From Clostridiales bacterium (GTDB taxonomy: Bacteria; Bacillota; Clostridia; Christensenellales; UBA1242), in NCBI GenBank assembly GCA_015055665.1, contig SVHX01000005.1:6896-70895 (forward strand): DNA of 64,000 bases, read 5' to 3'. The notes under the pieces are model-generated. The model did no database searches, was not told the origin of the DNA, and was given only the letters and a program-made list of their open reading frames with translations. Numbering within the stretch: the first letter of the stretch is position 1; each line of letters starts with the position of its first letter. The position numbers were made by a program, and so were the translations under genes. Positions 44,731 to 55,167 of the stretch are shown here, in pieces.

Positions 44731-44981
44731 ATTAAAGACTATGATAAAGGACACGCCTTGTGTTGAAAAGCTAATAGAGAGCAAACGGTTGGTGAAAGTT
44801 TGTAGCTAAGTACGCATTTTGGTATCACCTTTTAGTCGGCGGGCTGAAACAGTAGTAAGTTCGTTCGGGTTCTCCCGTTATAGAGATAGTATGTGATGGC
44901 ATGCGACTAAAATACGATTGACTGCAATATACTTGTGGGAGTTTTAGTAGTGTGTGCTATACTCTTACAAGTATTTTTTTG
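44731..44981 (+). promoter_or_regulatory. T-box-type leader of ileS (ATC specifier) with an atypical 3' part
   Basis: The promoter is TTGACA-N17-TACAAT (44696-44724). Stem I has AGAGAG-CAAAC-GGTTGGTGAAAG-TTTG. The specifier context is GGT-ATC-A-CCTTT, with ATC at 44824-44826. An F-box-like CCCGTTA is present. The terminator ATACTTGTGGGAG/CTCTTACAAGTAT ends in T7. I could not find the canonical GGGTGGTACCGCG T-box motif. Confidence 0.5.
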
Positions 44982-45000
44982 TTGAATAGGAGATAAAAGC

Positions 45001-48000
45001 ATGAAAAAAGAAAATATCAAACCAGACTTAGTTGCTAACGAAAATGAAATATTGAAGTTCTGGGAAGACAACAAGATCTTTGAGAAATTAAAGGAGCAGA
45101 ACAAATCTACAGGTAAGTACTTTGCGACAATGGATGGCCCGATTACAGCTAATGGTATGACAATGGGATTGCACCATGCATTTGGTAGATCTCTAAAAGA
45201 TGCTATGATTAAGTATCGTGCTATTACCGGTCATGATATGCATTACCAGAACGGATTTGATGCACAGGGACTTTGGGTAGAAGTTAATGCCGAGAAAGAT
45301 CTAGGACTTAATTCTAAGAAAGAGATTGAGAAATTTGGTATTGACAAGTTTACAGAGTACTGTATGGATAAGGTTAACAAGTGTGCTAGCAAAATGACTG
45401 AGCAGTCTATTAGATTAGGGCAATGGATGAACTGGGAAGACTCGTATTTTACTAACTCAGACACAAATATTGCAACAATTTGGCATTTCTTGAAAACTTG
45501 TCATGAGAAGGGCTGGTTAATACAGAAATATAGACCAATGCCTTGGTGTACCAGATGTGGAACTAGTCTATCTGAGCATGAGATGTGTGATGGGGATGCG
45601 TACAGAAACGATACCTGTAGGGCAGTATTTTTCAAGCTTCCTGTCAAAGATGAAGATTTCCGTATGTTAGTATGGACAACAACACCTTGGACGCTATCTA
45701 GTAACGTGGCTATTGCTGTTAATCCGGAGCTAGAATATAGTATATGTAAGGTTAAGAGTGATGATAAGCTAATATGCGTGGGCTCTGATGCAATCAAGGT
45801 GCTTAAGGATGATATTATTAGTGTTGATAGAGTGGTTAAGGGTAGCGAACTTGTTGGCAAAGAATACGAAACTTGCTTTGAAGAATTAGCTCCTCAGAAC
45901 TTTACGCACAAGATTGTTGCTTGGGAAGATGTTGATGCAACTGAAGGATCGGGAGCTGTTCATATTGCTCCAGGATGTGGTGCAGAGGACTTTGAGCTTG
46001 GTCAGAGATTAGGTCTTGAAAATGTATGTCCAATTGATGATGGCGGAATATTCTACGATAATTTTGGCTGGCTAGCTGGTCTTGATGCTAATAAGGACGA
46101 AACTAGAGATCTAATTTTTGATGAGCTTAAGAAGAGAAATAAGTTATATTATACTCATGATTACACTCATAGATATCCTCATTGTTGGAGATGTAAGAGC
46201 CCAATATTGTTCCGTCTTATTAGAGAGTGGGCAATATCTATGGACGAGGTTAGACCTCAACTTATTGCTGAGGCTAGCAAGGTTGAGTGGCAACCAGCAT
46301 TTTACGAAAAGCGTATGATAGACTGGCTAACTAATATGGGGGATTGGTCTATTAGTCGTAAGAGATACTATGGATTGCCATTACCTATATATGTTTGTCC
46401 GGATTGTGGCAAGATAACTGTTCTTGGTAGCAAAGAAGAACTTAGGGAAAAGGCTATTGACAAAGTTGCAGTAGACAATCTTCCACATCTACACCGTCCA
46501 TATATAGATGAAATTAAGATTAAGTGTGATAACTGTGGTGCAGAGGTTGAGCGTATCAAAGATGTCGGCGATTGTTGGCTTGATGCAGGCATTGCACCGT
46601 TTAGTACTAATAAATACTTTGAAGATAGAGCGTTCTGGGAGAAGAATTATCCGGCTGAAGTAGTAATTGAGATGAAAGAGCAGATAAGATTGTGGTTCTA
46701 TTCATTGCTTGTTATGGGTGTTGTCCTCACTGGCAAATCTCCATACAAGAAGGTGTCTACATATGGATCACTTCTTGCTCAAGATGGCAAGAAACTCTCG
46801 AAATCTAGCCCTAATAATATACCTCTTAACGAAGCTTATGATAATATCGGTGCAGATATTATTAGATATACTTTCTGTTCGACCAATCCTCAGAGTGATG
46901 TAATATTTAGTTATGATAGCACAGATGAGGTTAGGCGTAGACTACTAAGTTTGTGGAACGTGTATGTGTTCTTCAATACTTATGCGGTAATTGATAATCC
47001 TAAACTAGATGGTTACAAGCCTAATATTGATACTCTTACAATTACAGACAAGTGGTTGATTACCAGAACAAATGAATTTGCACGCAATGCTCAGAAATAT
47101 TACGAGCAGGTACGTACTTGTGAGGTTATAGCCGAATTTGAGAAGTTTGTAGACGAATTGTCCAACTGGTACATTAGGGTTAATCGTAGAAGATTCTGGA
47201 AAAACGAAGAAGATAGCGACAAGCTTAACGCTTATTTCTGCCTAGAATATGCTATTAAGAATATTGCTATGGTTATGGCACCAATTATGCCATTTATGAT
47301 GGAGTATATCTGGCAAAATCAAGTTAGAGAAGTGGAGTCAACTGCTACTGAAAGCGTAATGTTATCAGGATTTAAGATTGCTGACTTTGAGCTACCGGAT
47401 GAGGATTTGTTGCAAAAGACTGAGATTGTTAGGTCAATTATTGCTTCTGCTCTAAAGCTAAGAAACGAAAATAATCTTAAAGTTAAGCAGCCATTAGGCA
47501 AGGCATATGTAATTAACGAAGATAAGAATACTCTAGATGCTATTAGTCAATACAAAGAACTAATTGAGGATGAGCTTAACATTAAGGAAATTAAATTAAG
47601 TGATGATGTGGAGAGATTTAACGACCATTATTTAACTCTTAACTTCCGTAATGCTGGTAGGGTATTGAAGGGTGATGTTCAGAAGATGAAGGCTACTCTT
47701 GAGAATACTCCTGAAGATGTGATGAATAGATATGTAGCAGAATTTGATAATGGTAAGGTAAATGTAGAAGGATTTGGCGAATTTGATAGCGAATTATTCG
47801 TTAAGAATTCTAAGTCCAAGCCAGAGTTTATACTTGCTACCGAAGATGGCATGACTGTTGTTCTTGATATTACTCTTACTGATGAACTTATAGGAGAGGG
47901 AATACTTAGAGAGATTATTCGTAATGCTCAAGTATTGCGTAAAGAGGCAGACTTTAAGATTGATGATAGAATCGATATTAATATTTCTACCAAAGATGAA

Positions 48001-48156
48001 AAAGTAGCCAAATTACTTGCTGATAACAAAGAGAAAATTATGTCGGAAGTACTCGCTAAGACATATAACGAAGGCGAATTCCAACCAGATATCGAAAGAG
48101 AAATGGAAGTCGGAGATGATGTGGTTGTTGCTTATAAATTAAGGGTTAGTAAATAA
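45001..48156 (+). CDS. ileS: isoleucine--tRNA ligase, long (type 2-like) form
   Basis: The 1051-aa protein has a HIGH-type motif (GLHHAFGRS), a KMSKS-type motif (KLSKS), a CP1 editing insertion and zinc-binding Cys pairs. Confidence 0.95.
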   Translation: MKKENIKPDLVANENEILKFWEDNKIFEKLKEQNKSTGKYFATMDGPITANGMTMGLHHAFGRSLKDAMIKYRAITGHDMHYQNGFDAQGLWVEVNAEKDLGLNSKKEIEKFGIDKFTEYCMDKVNKCASKMTEQSIRLGQWMNWEDSYFTNSDTNIATIWHFLKTCHEKGWLIQKYRPMPWCTRCGTSLSEHEMCDGDAYRNDTCRAVFFKLPVKDEDFRMLVWTTTPWTLSSNVAIAVNPELEYSICKVKSDDKLICVGSDAIKVLKDDIISVDRVVKGSELVGKEYETCFEELAPQNFTHKIVAWEDVDATEGSGAVHIAPGCGAEDFELGQRLGLENVCPIDDGGIFYDNFGWLAGLDANKDETRDLIFDELKKRNKLYYTHDYTHRYPHCWRCKSPILFRLIREWAISMDEVRPQLIAEASKVEWQPAFYEKRMIDWLTNMGDWSISRKRYYGLPLPIYVCPDCGKITVLGSKEELREKAIDKVAVDNLPHLHRPYIDEIKIKCDNCGAEVERIKDVGDCWLDAGIAPFSTNKYFEDRAFWEKNYPAEVVIEMKEQIRLWFYSLLVMGVVLTGKSPYKKVSTYGSLLAQDGKKLSKSSPNNIPLNEAYDNIGADIIRYTFCSTNPQSDVIFSYDSTDEVRRRLLSLWNVYVFFNTYAVIDNPKLDGYKPNIDTLTITDKWLITRTNEFARNAQKYYEQVRTCEVIAEFEKFVDELSNWYIRVNRRRFWKNEEDSDKLNAYFCLEYAIKNIAMVMAPIMPFMMEYIWQNQVREVESTATESVMLSGFKIADFELPDEDLLQKTEIVRSIIASALKLRNENNLKVKQPLGKAYVINEDKNTLDAISQYKELIEDELNIKEIKLSDDVERFNDHYLTLNFRNAGRVLKGDVQKMKATLENTPEDVMNRYVAEFDNGKVNVEGFGEFDSELFVKNSKSKPEFILATEDGMTVVLDITLTDELIGEGILREIIRNAQVLRKEADFKIDDRIDINISTKDEKVAKLLADNKEKIMSEVLAKTYNEGEFQPDIEREMEVGDDVVVAYKLRVSK

Positions 48157-48233
48157 TTAAAATTTGCCTAAAATTAGACAATATTTGGTGCTATGCATAG
48201 TAGTAAAATTATTGTATAAATTTATTAAAAAAC

Positions 48234-48271
48234 AAATAGACTGGTTATATTCTTGCCAGTCTATTTCTTTT
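48234..48271 (+). terminator. rho-independent terminator of ileS
   Basis: The stem is AAATAGACTGG / CCAGTCTATTT (48234-48244 and 48256-48266), followed by a T-rich tract. Confidence 0.7.
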
Positions 48272-48321
48272 GTGGTATACTATATGAGTTCGTAAGTAAT
48301 ATATTGTTACAAAAGGATGTT

Positions 48322-49671
48322 ATGGTAGATAAGAAGAAAATTAGACTTAATTCAAGTATCAAGATTTGTCTTGGATTTATGTTATTGATATTATTAGGTG
48401 CGTTACTACTTTCTCTGCCTATTGCCAATCGCAATGGTGAGTGGCTAGGATTTGTAGATGCGTTTTTTACAAGCACTAGTGCTGTATGTGTTACAGGATT
48501 GGTTGTTGTTGATACGGCGACACAATTTACATTATTTGGACAATTCGTAATACTATTTCTCATACAGATTGGTGGGCTGGGTATTGTAGCGATTACATCT
48601 CTTGTATTTCTAATACTTCGTAAAAAGATTACGCTTAGTAGTAGGATGGCTCTTCAAGAAAGTTTCAATAGAGAGAACTTGCAGGGAGTGGTTAAGTTCA
48701 TTAGGCGTGTAATAATTCTTACACTTGCCATTGAAGGAATTGGCGCACTTTGTTTGCTATATAGTACAATTACATATTTTGGCTCTTTCTGGAAGGGGTT
48801 ATTTGCAGCGATATTTACATCAATATCGGCTTTCTGTAATGCTGGTTTTGATGTATTTGGTAATGAGCTCAATCAATTTATGAGTCTTATGCCATTTGCA
48901 AGTAATATACTTATGTTATTGCCTATAATGCTTTTGATTGTATTAGGTGGTATCGGATTTGTTGTAATGATTGATGGATTTAAGACCTGGAGGAGTAGCC
49001 ATCATGCAAGAATTGTTATATATGTGACACTTGTATTGATATTAGGTGGAGCTATACTCTATATGATAGCAGAGTGGAATAATCCTCTAACAATTGGCAA
49101 GATGCCATGGTGGGACAAGATATTCAATTGTTTATTCCAGAGTGTCGCTACAAGGACTGCTGGATGTGCTAGTATTGATCAAGGTGGGCTTACACCATTT
49201 GGAACTTTGATAACTATACTGCTCATGTTTATTGGAGGATCGCCAACATCTACTGCTGGCGGTATTAAGACGACAACCTTCTTTATAATCGTGCTTATGT
49301 TATTTAAGTTTCCTAACTCGCAAGGAAGCATTGTGTATAAGGGGCGAAAAATTAGTGCTAATATAATCAATAAAGCATTTAAGATAGTGATGTATACTCT
49401 AACAACTGTAATGGTTGCAATACTGCTTATTACGCTAATCGAAGGCGATCTTGATCTTATGTCTATTATATTCGAGTGTGTATCGGCAATCTCAACAGTT
49501 GGATTCAGTATGGGTATAACTCCAATGCTTTCGGGAGCTAGTAAGATAATTATAGCACTACTTATGTTTGTAGGAAGAGTAGGGATGACCACTATTGTAT
49601 TAGGGTTATCTACTCGTAGCCAAGTGGACAATCAAGTAGAGTACATTAATACAGATATAATTGTTGGTTAA
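48322..49671 (+). CDS. ktrB: Trk/Ktr family potassium uptake protein, membrane subunit
   Basis: The start was taken at the ATG at 48322 (RBS AAAGGA). The 449-aa polytopic protein has repeated selectivity-filter-like motifs (TSAVCVTGL, FCNAGF, TRTAGC, STVGFS). Confidence 0.88.
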   Translation: MVDKKKIRLNSSIKICLGFMLLILLGALLLSLPIANRNGEWLGFVDAFFTSTSAVCVTGLVVVDTATQFTLFGQFVILFLIQIGGLGIVAITSLVFLILRKKITLSSRMALQESFNRENLQGVVKFIRRVIILTLAIEGIGALCLLYSTITYFGSFWKGLFAAIFTSISAFCNAGFDVFGNELNQFMSLMPFASNILMLLPIMLLIVLGGIGFVVMIDGFKTWRSSHHARIVIYVTLVLILGGAILYMIAEWNNPLTIGKMPWWDKIFNCLFQSVATRTAGCASIDQGGLTPFGTLITILLMFIGGSPTSTAGGIKTTTFFIIVLMLFKFPNSQGSIVYKGRKISANIINKAFKIVMYTLTTVMVAILLITLIEGDLDLMSIIFECVSAISTVGFSMGITPMLSGASKIIIALLMFVGRVGMTTIVLGLSTRSQVDNQVEYINTDIIVG

Positions 49672-49687
49672 ATAGAAGGAGAAATTG

Positions 49688-50398
49688 ATGGATAAATTAA
49701 ACGACTTTGTTGTTATTGGAATTAATAGGCTGGGCGAAAGTGTTGCAACGCATTTATTTTCTCTTGGCAAAGAAGTGCTTGCAATAGATAAGAATCAAGC
49801 CAGGATTAGTACTCTTGGTGGTAAAGTTTCGACGGCAGTAGCTACAGATGCAACGTCATTTGAAGTATTACACTCGCTAGGAGTACAGAACTTTGATTGT
49901 GTGATTATATGTATTAATGATAATCTTGAAGGCTCGTTGCTTACCGCTCAGATTGTTAAGGATTTGGGTGTAAAATATGTAATTGCAACCGCTATGAGCG
50001 AGCCTCATGGCAAGATTTTAACTGCCCTAGGGGTTGATCTAGTGATATATCCAGATGAATTTGTAGGTAGCAAGCTTGCTAGTATGCTATCTAAGCCTGG
50101 CATTAACGAACTAGTTGACCTTACTGAAGAATTTAAGATATTCGAGATGAAAGTTCCAGAGTCATGGCAAGATAAAGCGGTGGAAGAACTTAATCTACGC
50201 AAGAAATACAAATTGTCTATTGTATTCATTAAGAGAGGTAACAAGGTTATATCTCCTGAGCCAGATACGGTATTGCTAGAAGGGGATATGCTGGTTGTTG
50301 CTGGCGAGAGTGCCAAGATCAATGTTGTGGCTAGCCTTGTTAATGATACTACAGATGTCGAAAGTCAGCTAAGTAGTGTATTTGGAGAGAATAAGTAA
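49688..50398 (+). CDS. ktrA: Trk/Ktr system NAD-binding (RCK) subunit
   Basis: An RCK_N Rossmann N-terminus (VVIGINRLGESVA) is followed by an RCK_C domain. The RBS is AAGGAG. Confidence 0.88.
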   Translation: MDKLNDFVVIGINRLGESVATHLFSLGKEVLAIDKNQARISTLGGKVSTAVATDATSFEVLHSLGVQNFDCVIICINDNLEGSLLTAQIVKDLGVKYVIATAMSEPHGKILTALGVDLVIYPDEFVGSKLASMLSKPGINELVDLTEEFKIFEMKVPESWQDKAVEELNLRKKYKLSIVFIKRGNKVISPEPDTVLLEGDMLVVAGESAKINVVASLVNDTTDVESQLSSVFGENK

Positions 50399-50452
50399 AT
50401 AGCGTAATTCTACAATAGTTGACATAATTATTAGTGGTATGCAAAAAAGACA

Positions 50453-50479
50453 AAACCCAAGGAATTTCCTTGGGTTTTT
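50453..50479. terminator. bidirectional terminator
   Basis: AAACCCAAGGA-ATT-TCCTTGGGTTT is flanked by A- and T-runs between convergent genes. Confidence 0.7.
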
Positions 50480-50509
50480 GCGTATTAATATGTTTGTACT
50501 GTTTCTAGA

Positions 50510-51514
50510 TTACTCTTCGTCAGCAAGTTCGAGGTCATTGGTTATCTTGTTGGTTATAAAATCAATTCTCTCTTGCTCTCTACGCTCTAGGTAGTCTGAG
50601 TGTTCGTAATCATATCTATCCTTGATATATTTAATCATTTCCGGAGTTCCTCGAGATATTAAATAGTCCATCATATTTTGGCTACCATTGCCAAGATTTT
50701 CTCTGATTTTGCCCGATTTTTCGGATTCTAGATCAAGAACTTTCTTAATAATAGGCTCGAAATTAGGATCATCACCCCACTCTTTGGCAAGGGTGTGTGC
50801 AAATATTGTGGCTGAGCCTAATTGATCATATTGCATAAGTACATCTTCGTATTCGACTGCCTGCATAATAGCATCAAGGTAACGCTTTCCAAGATTAGCA
50901 TCTGAATCGCCCAAGTCAATGCCTTTTTCTGGACAGATTTCTGCATATTTATCACACAATATACCTGTCAAAGAGGCTCTTTTTAGGTAATGTCCTGTTC
51001 CATAGTCAAGGCGGAAGTGTGGGTTGTCGATTACTGAAATTGCTAGTTCTGGATGTCCCTTCATAGCACAGTGAGCTGCTAGATTGTCTCTTCTAACTCT
51101 CAAAGCTACGCAAGTTGGGTCATTTACAATTAGTTGAGCTTCTGTATCAAGGATATATTCAACTACATCTAGGTATCCTTTATCTAGAGCGAGAAGTCCT
51201 AAACTATGCTCCCAGTATTCTGAAGGATCTTCTTCAAGATTAAGGAGTTTGCGACTCGTAATTCGTACTAATTCGGGTTGTTCCTTGATTGCCTGGCAAA
51301 TCTTTCGAGTAGCGATTTCGCGAACTTTAGGGCTATCTTTCTCATAGTCGCACATTGTTGTATAGATCTTCATGTATTTGTCTGCTAGCTTGTATTTGAA
51401 TTCAAGCGTCATATTGCTAGGGATGCCGCCGCGGATTGCGCCAGATTCGAAGTCGAAAGGCTCAACATATTTCTTCATTGCTTGTTTCTTTTTGTATTCA
51501 TCTATAAATTTCAT
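50510..51514 (-). CDS. hypothetical helical-repeat protein (334 aa)
   Basis: The start was taken at the ATG at 51514 (RBS AGAGGT). The listed longer ORF runs through the promoter TTGAAA-N17-TATACT at 51570-51598. No family was recognised. Confidence 0.6.
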   Translation of the reverse strand: MKFIDEYKKKQAMKKYVEPFDFESGAIRGGIPSNMTLEFKYKLADKYMKIYTTMCDYEKDSPKVREIATRKICQAIKEQPELVRITSRKLLNLEEDPSEYWEHSLGLLALDKGYLDVVEYILDTEAQLIVNDPTCVALRVRRDNLAAHCAMKGHPELAISVIDNPHFRLDYGTGHYLKRASLTGILCDKYAEICPEKGIDLGDSDANLGKRYLDAIMQAVEYEDVLMQYDQLGSATIFAHTLAKEWGDDPNFEPIIKKVLDLESEKSGKIRENLGNGSQNMMDYLISRGTPEMIKYIKDRYDYEHSDYLERREQERIDFITNKITNDLELADEE

Positions 51515-51764
51515 ATTTTTACCTCTAACTGTATTTGGCGGGGACTCGCGTTCCGCACCCAGTATGATGAGTATAGCATATCTGTCAAGCGATTTCAATA
51601 GGTTAAGGAAATTTTTTTGATATTTTTTAATGTGTAATGTGAGTGAATAGAAAATTTTGTCGAAAAAGCGAGGCAAGAGTATCAAAGAATTCTATTGACA
51701 AATGGGGATAAAATTGATATTATATATCTTGTAAGTAAAAGTATAATTAGGAGTGTGCTCTAAA

Positions 51765-52739
51765 ATGAGGAAGACAAAAGCAGTACTAGCAATAATAGCC
51801 ATAGTACTTATGCTAGCAGTAGGAAGTGTGCTAGTAGTCTTTCTTGCACGTGATAGCGAGCACAAGAAGATTGTAGTAACTAGTTATCCTATATACGATA
51901 TTTGTAGAGAGATTCTTGGATCGGATGAAGATATACAACTGCTTCAGGATGATGGCAGTGATCTGCATGCATATGCTCCTACTACAATGGATATTGCTAG
52001 CATATCTAGGGCTAAGTTATTTGTTTATATTGGTGGTCACAGTGATAGTTGGGTAGAGGGAGTTGTAAGGGCTGCAGACAATGTTAATCTTAGGACTCTT
52101 AGTCTAATGAGTGCGGTAGATCCTTTGCACGAATCAACTGACAACATAATTTCTGGTGGCCAAGAGCACGAAGGACACGATCACGAAGAACATGATGACT
52201 GCATATATGATGAGCATATATGGCTAAGTATTCGTAATATGCAGAAGATGACTAATGCCGTACTCAAGGAACTAATACTTGTGTATCCGCATATGGAGCA
52301 GATGTTAAAGAGTAATGCAGAAGATTACATAGATAGACTTGCAGAGCTTGATGAGCAATATAAAAATATTACATCATCCAAAGATACAACTATTGTACTA
52401 GCAGATAGATTTCCGTTATTATATCTTGCACATGATTATGGTATAAACTTTGTGGCGGGGTATCATGGATGTTCCTCTGATACGCAGGCTAGTCCAGACC
52501 TAATACTTAATCTTATAGAAGTGGTTAAGAGTAATAATCTCAAATACATACTACAACTCGAAGGCTCGGATGGCAAGATAGCACAAGGCGTTGCTAATGG
52601 TTGTGGAGGTAATATTAGAGTACTTGAGATTAATAGTTGTCAGTCAATAGGTGGGGACAAGGTAAATATTAGTTATATTGATATCATGACAAGCAATCTA
52701 GAAACGATAAGGATGGCATTAAACAATGAGTTTAATTGA
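51765..52739 (+). CDS. znuA: metal (zinc-type) ABC transporter substrate-binding protein with His-rich loop
   Basis: The protein has a cluster A-I (TroA/ZnuA) layout, an N-terminal anchor, and the acidic His-rich loop GGQEHEGHDHEEHDD that is typical of Zn-specific members. Confidence 0.8.
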   Translation: MRKTKAVLAIIAIVLMLAVGSVLVVFLARDSEHKKIVVTSYPIYDICREILGSDEDIQLLQDDGSDLHAYAPTTMDIASISRAKLFVYIGGHSDSWVEGVVRAADNVNLRTLSLMSAVDPLHESTDNIISGGQEHEGHDHEEHDDCIYDEHIWLSIRNMQKMTNAVLKELILVYPHMEQMLKSNAEDYIDRLAELDEQYKNITSSKDTTIVLADRFPLLYLAHDYGINFVAGYHGCSSDTQASPDLILNLIEVVKSNNLKYILQLEGSDGKIAQGVANGCGGNIRVLEINSCQSIGGDKVNISYIDIMTSNLETIRMALNNEFN

Positions 52740-53433
52740 GTGTAAAAAACTGAGCATTGGTTATGGCAGTAAGGTGGTCTGCAAGAATATTAATTTCGAA
52801 ATAGACAAAGGCGAATATCTATGCATTATAGGCGATAATGGATGTGGCAAGAGTACTCTCTTAAAGACTATTCTCGGGCTGAACAAAGCTGTGAGTGGCA
52901 AAATTATAATTGACAAATCTGTTAGGCAAGGTAGTATTGGTTATCTTCCTCAACAGTCGGATATGAACAAGGATTTTCCGGCTACAGTAAGAGAGGTTGT
53001 GATGTCGGGATTCCTTGGCAAGATGGGTTTTAGACCATTTTATAATAGAGAAGAGAAGGCTAAGTGCGACAAAGTGCTAGAAGAGCTAGATATTGCGGAG
53101 TTGTCGGGAAAGAGTTACAAGGATCTTTCGGGTGGGCAACAACAGAGGGTGTTGCTTGCAAGAGCTCTATGTGCAACTGATGACATACTTGTAATGGACG
53201 AGCCTGTTAATGGTATGGATGCAAGGTCAATTCGTAAATTCTATTCGATAATTCGTAAGCTCAATAGCGATAATGGATTAACAATAGTAATGGTTTCGCA
53301 TAATATAGACAAGGTTATTGATAATGCTACGCATATTGTTTATCTAAGGGGAGATATGGCTTATGCTGGTACTAAGGAAGAGTTCTTAAGTAGTGAGTAT
53401 GCCGAGAACTTTAAATTAGGAGGTAAGGCATGA
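52726..53433 (+). CDS. znuC: metal ABC transporter ATP-binding protein
   Basis: The Walker A is GDNGCGKST, the ABC signature is LSGGQQQR and the Walker B is ILVMDEP. The gene overlaps the znuA stop. Confidence 0.88.
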   Translation: MSLIECKKLSIGYGSKVVCKNINFEIDKGEYLCIIGDNGCGKSTLLKTILGLNKAVSGKIIIDKSVRQGSIGYLPQQSDMNKDFPATVREVVMSGFLGKMGFRPFYNREEKAKCDKVLEELDIAELSGKSYKDLSGGQQQRVLLARALCATDDILVMDEPVNGMDARSIRKFYSIIRKLNSDNGLTIVMVSHNIDKVIDNATHIVYLRGDMAYAGTKEEFLSSEYAENFKLGGKA

Positions 53434-54281
53434 GTATTATAGAAGAGCTTAAGTATTATTTATCTTTTGATTTCGTAAAATACGCGTTGATTGTTGGCGG
53501 GCTTATTTCGTTATGTTGTGCTATTCTTGGAGTAACTCTAGTACTTAAGAGGTATTCTATGATTGGCGACGGATTATCTCACGTGGCATTTGGGGCTATG
53601 ACTGTTGCTATGGTACTAGCTGTAGTAGATATGTATGTGATGTTACCCATTACAATACTAGTAGCAATACTACTTATTAGGCTTACTGATAGGGGCAAGG
53701 TAAAGAACGATAGTGCTATAGCTATGCTCTCTGTTGGAGCTTTGGCATTTGGTTATATAATAGTCAACTTGTTCTCCGAAAATGCTAATATATCGGGGGA
53801 TGTGTGTAGTTCGTTATTTGGTCTTGCGTCAATACTAACACTTTCGAGCTTTGAAGTTTGGTTCTGTGTAGGGGTAACTATATTCTTACTAATATTCTTT
53901 GTGGTATTCCACAACAAGATATTTGGTGTGACATTTGACAAGAATTTTGCGACCGCTACTGGTGTTAAGTCGGAAGTATACAATAATATAATTGCAGTAA
54001 TAATTGGTATTGTTATTGTTCTTGCTATGAAGTTGGTAGGATCGCTACTAATATCCGCGTTAATTGTTTTTCCGGCACTTAGTGCTATTAGGTTGTTCAA
54101 AAGCTACAAAAAGGTTATAATATTTGCAAGTATAATAGGTGTAATTAATTCGATATTTGGTATACTTGTATCTATATTATGGGGTACTCCAGTAGGAGCA
54201 ACTATAGTAATTGTAGATATATTTGTGTATGTGATATGTTGGTTAATAGATATAATTACAAGGAATCTAAAGAGGGCGTAA
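53430..54281 (+). CDS. znuB: metal ABC transporter permease
   Basis: The 283-aa polytopic protein belongs to the ABC-3 family type. An ATGA start/stop overlap links it to znuC. Confidence 0.85.
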   Translation: MSIIEELKYYLSFDFVKYALIVGGLISLCCAILGVTLVLKRYSMIGDGLSHVAFGAMTVAMVLAVVDMYVMLPITILVAILLIRLTDRGKVKNDSAIAMLSVGALAFGYIIVNLFSENANISGDVCSSLFGLASILTLSSFEVWFCVGVTIFLLIFFVVFHNKIFGVTFDKNFATATGVKSEVYNNIIAVIIGIVIVLAMKLVGSLLISALIVFPALSAIRLFKSYKKVIIFASIIGVINSIFGILVSILWGTPVGATIVIVDIFVYVICWLIDIITRNLKRA

Positions 54282-54286
54282 GGAAT

Positions 54287-54982
54287 ATGGATAATAAATT
54301 GGAAGTACTGTATGAAGATAATCATATAATTGTAGTGGTCAAGCCTCAGAATATTCCAACACAAGCAGATGTTAGCGGGGATATGGATATGCTAACTATG
54401 GTTAAGGAGTATGTGAAAGAGAAATATAATAAGCCTGGTAATGTGTACATAGGCCTAGTACATAGATTGGATAGACCTACTGGTGGAGTAATGGTATTTG
54501 CTAGGACTAGCAAAGCTGCCGATAGACTATGCGAGCAAATGAGAGAAGGCAAGTGGGGCAAGAGGTATCTAGCGGTAGTTCTAAATAAGCCTAGAGAGAA
54601 GAGGTTGAAATTGATCAATTATCTTGCTCAGAATCCAAGAACTAATGTCGTGCAAGTTGTGCCAGAGCTTACAAGCAATGCTCGCCGTGCAGAGCTAGAG
54701 TACGAAGTATTGGATGAGAGGGAGAAGGTGTCTCTAATAGATGTTAAATTGCTTACAGGCAGAAAACACCAGATTCGTGTGCAGATGAAGAATATTGGCT
54801 GTCCTGTGTATGGGGATGTTAAATATGGTGGTGACAAACTTGCCAAAGGACATAACCTTGCATTGTGGGCGTATGAATTGAAGTTCGTTCATCCAACTAC
54901 TCAAGAAAACATGACATTTAAGGTGTATCCGCCAGAGGATAAAGTTCCTTGGAGTGTATTCAATCTAGATATTGTTAAATAG
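54287..54982 (+). CDS. RluA-family pseudouridine synthase
   Basis: The start was taken at the ATG at 54287 (RBS AAGGA). The catalytic motif is HRLDRPTGG, and TGRKHQIRVQ is also present. Confidence 0.85.
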   Translation: MDNKLEVLYEDNHIIVVVKPQNIPTQADVSGDMDMLTMVKEYVKEKYNKPGNVYIGLVHRLDRPTGGVMVFARTSKAADRLCEQMREGKWGKRYLAVVLNKPREKRLKLINYLAQNPRTNVVQVVPELTSNARRAELEYEVLDEREKVSLIDVKLLTGRKHQIRVQMKNIGCPVYGDVKYGGDKLAKGHNLALWAYELKFVHPTTQENMTFKVYPPEDKVPWSVFNLDIVK

Positions 54983-55132
54983 AACAACTGATAGAGTACT
55001 TGAGTTTATGGCAAAAGGTGAAGCTATAATTACTTATGGAGAATTGACTGAAGAAAGTGTTTATGGTGATCTAGGTGTAACTAGTGCGGATAAGCCTTGG
55101 AAACAATCAAATTAATAATATGCAAACAATAT

Positions 55133-55159
55133 AAAAATCCCCAATGATGGGGATTTTTT
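55133..55159. terminator. terminator downstream of groEL (bidirectional hairpin)
   Basis: The sequence is AAAAATCCCC-AATGAT-GGGGATTTTTT. Confidence 0.7.
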
Positions 55160-55167
55160 CTGTAATA

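Noticed and set aside
48157-48321. I looked for a c-di-AMP (ydaO/kimA-type) riboswitch upstream of ktrB, as in some Bacillota.
   Set aside because: The intergenic region is only ~165 nt and is mostly occupied by the ileS terminator and a TGgTATACT promoter. There is no room for, and no conserved ACGGGGA-type motifs of, that riboswitch.
55008-55115. A 35-aa ORF (MAKGEAIITYGELTEESVYGDLGVTSADKPWKQSN) lies between the RluA-family gene and the groEL terminator.
   Set aside because: It has no recognisable RBS and is too short to evaluate. It could be a real small peptide but is unsupported by sequence alone.
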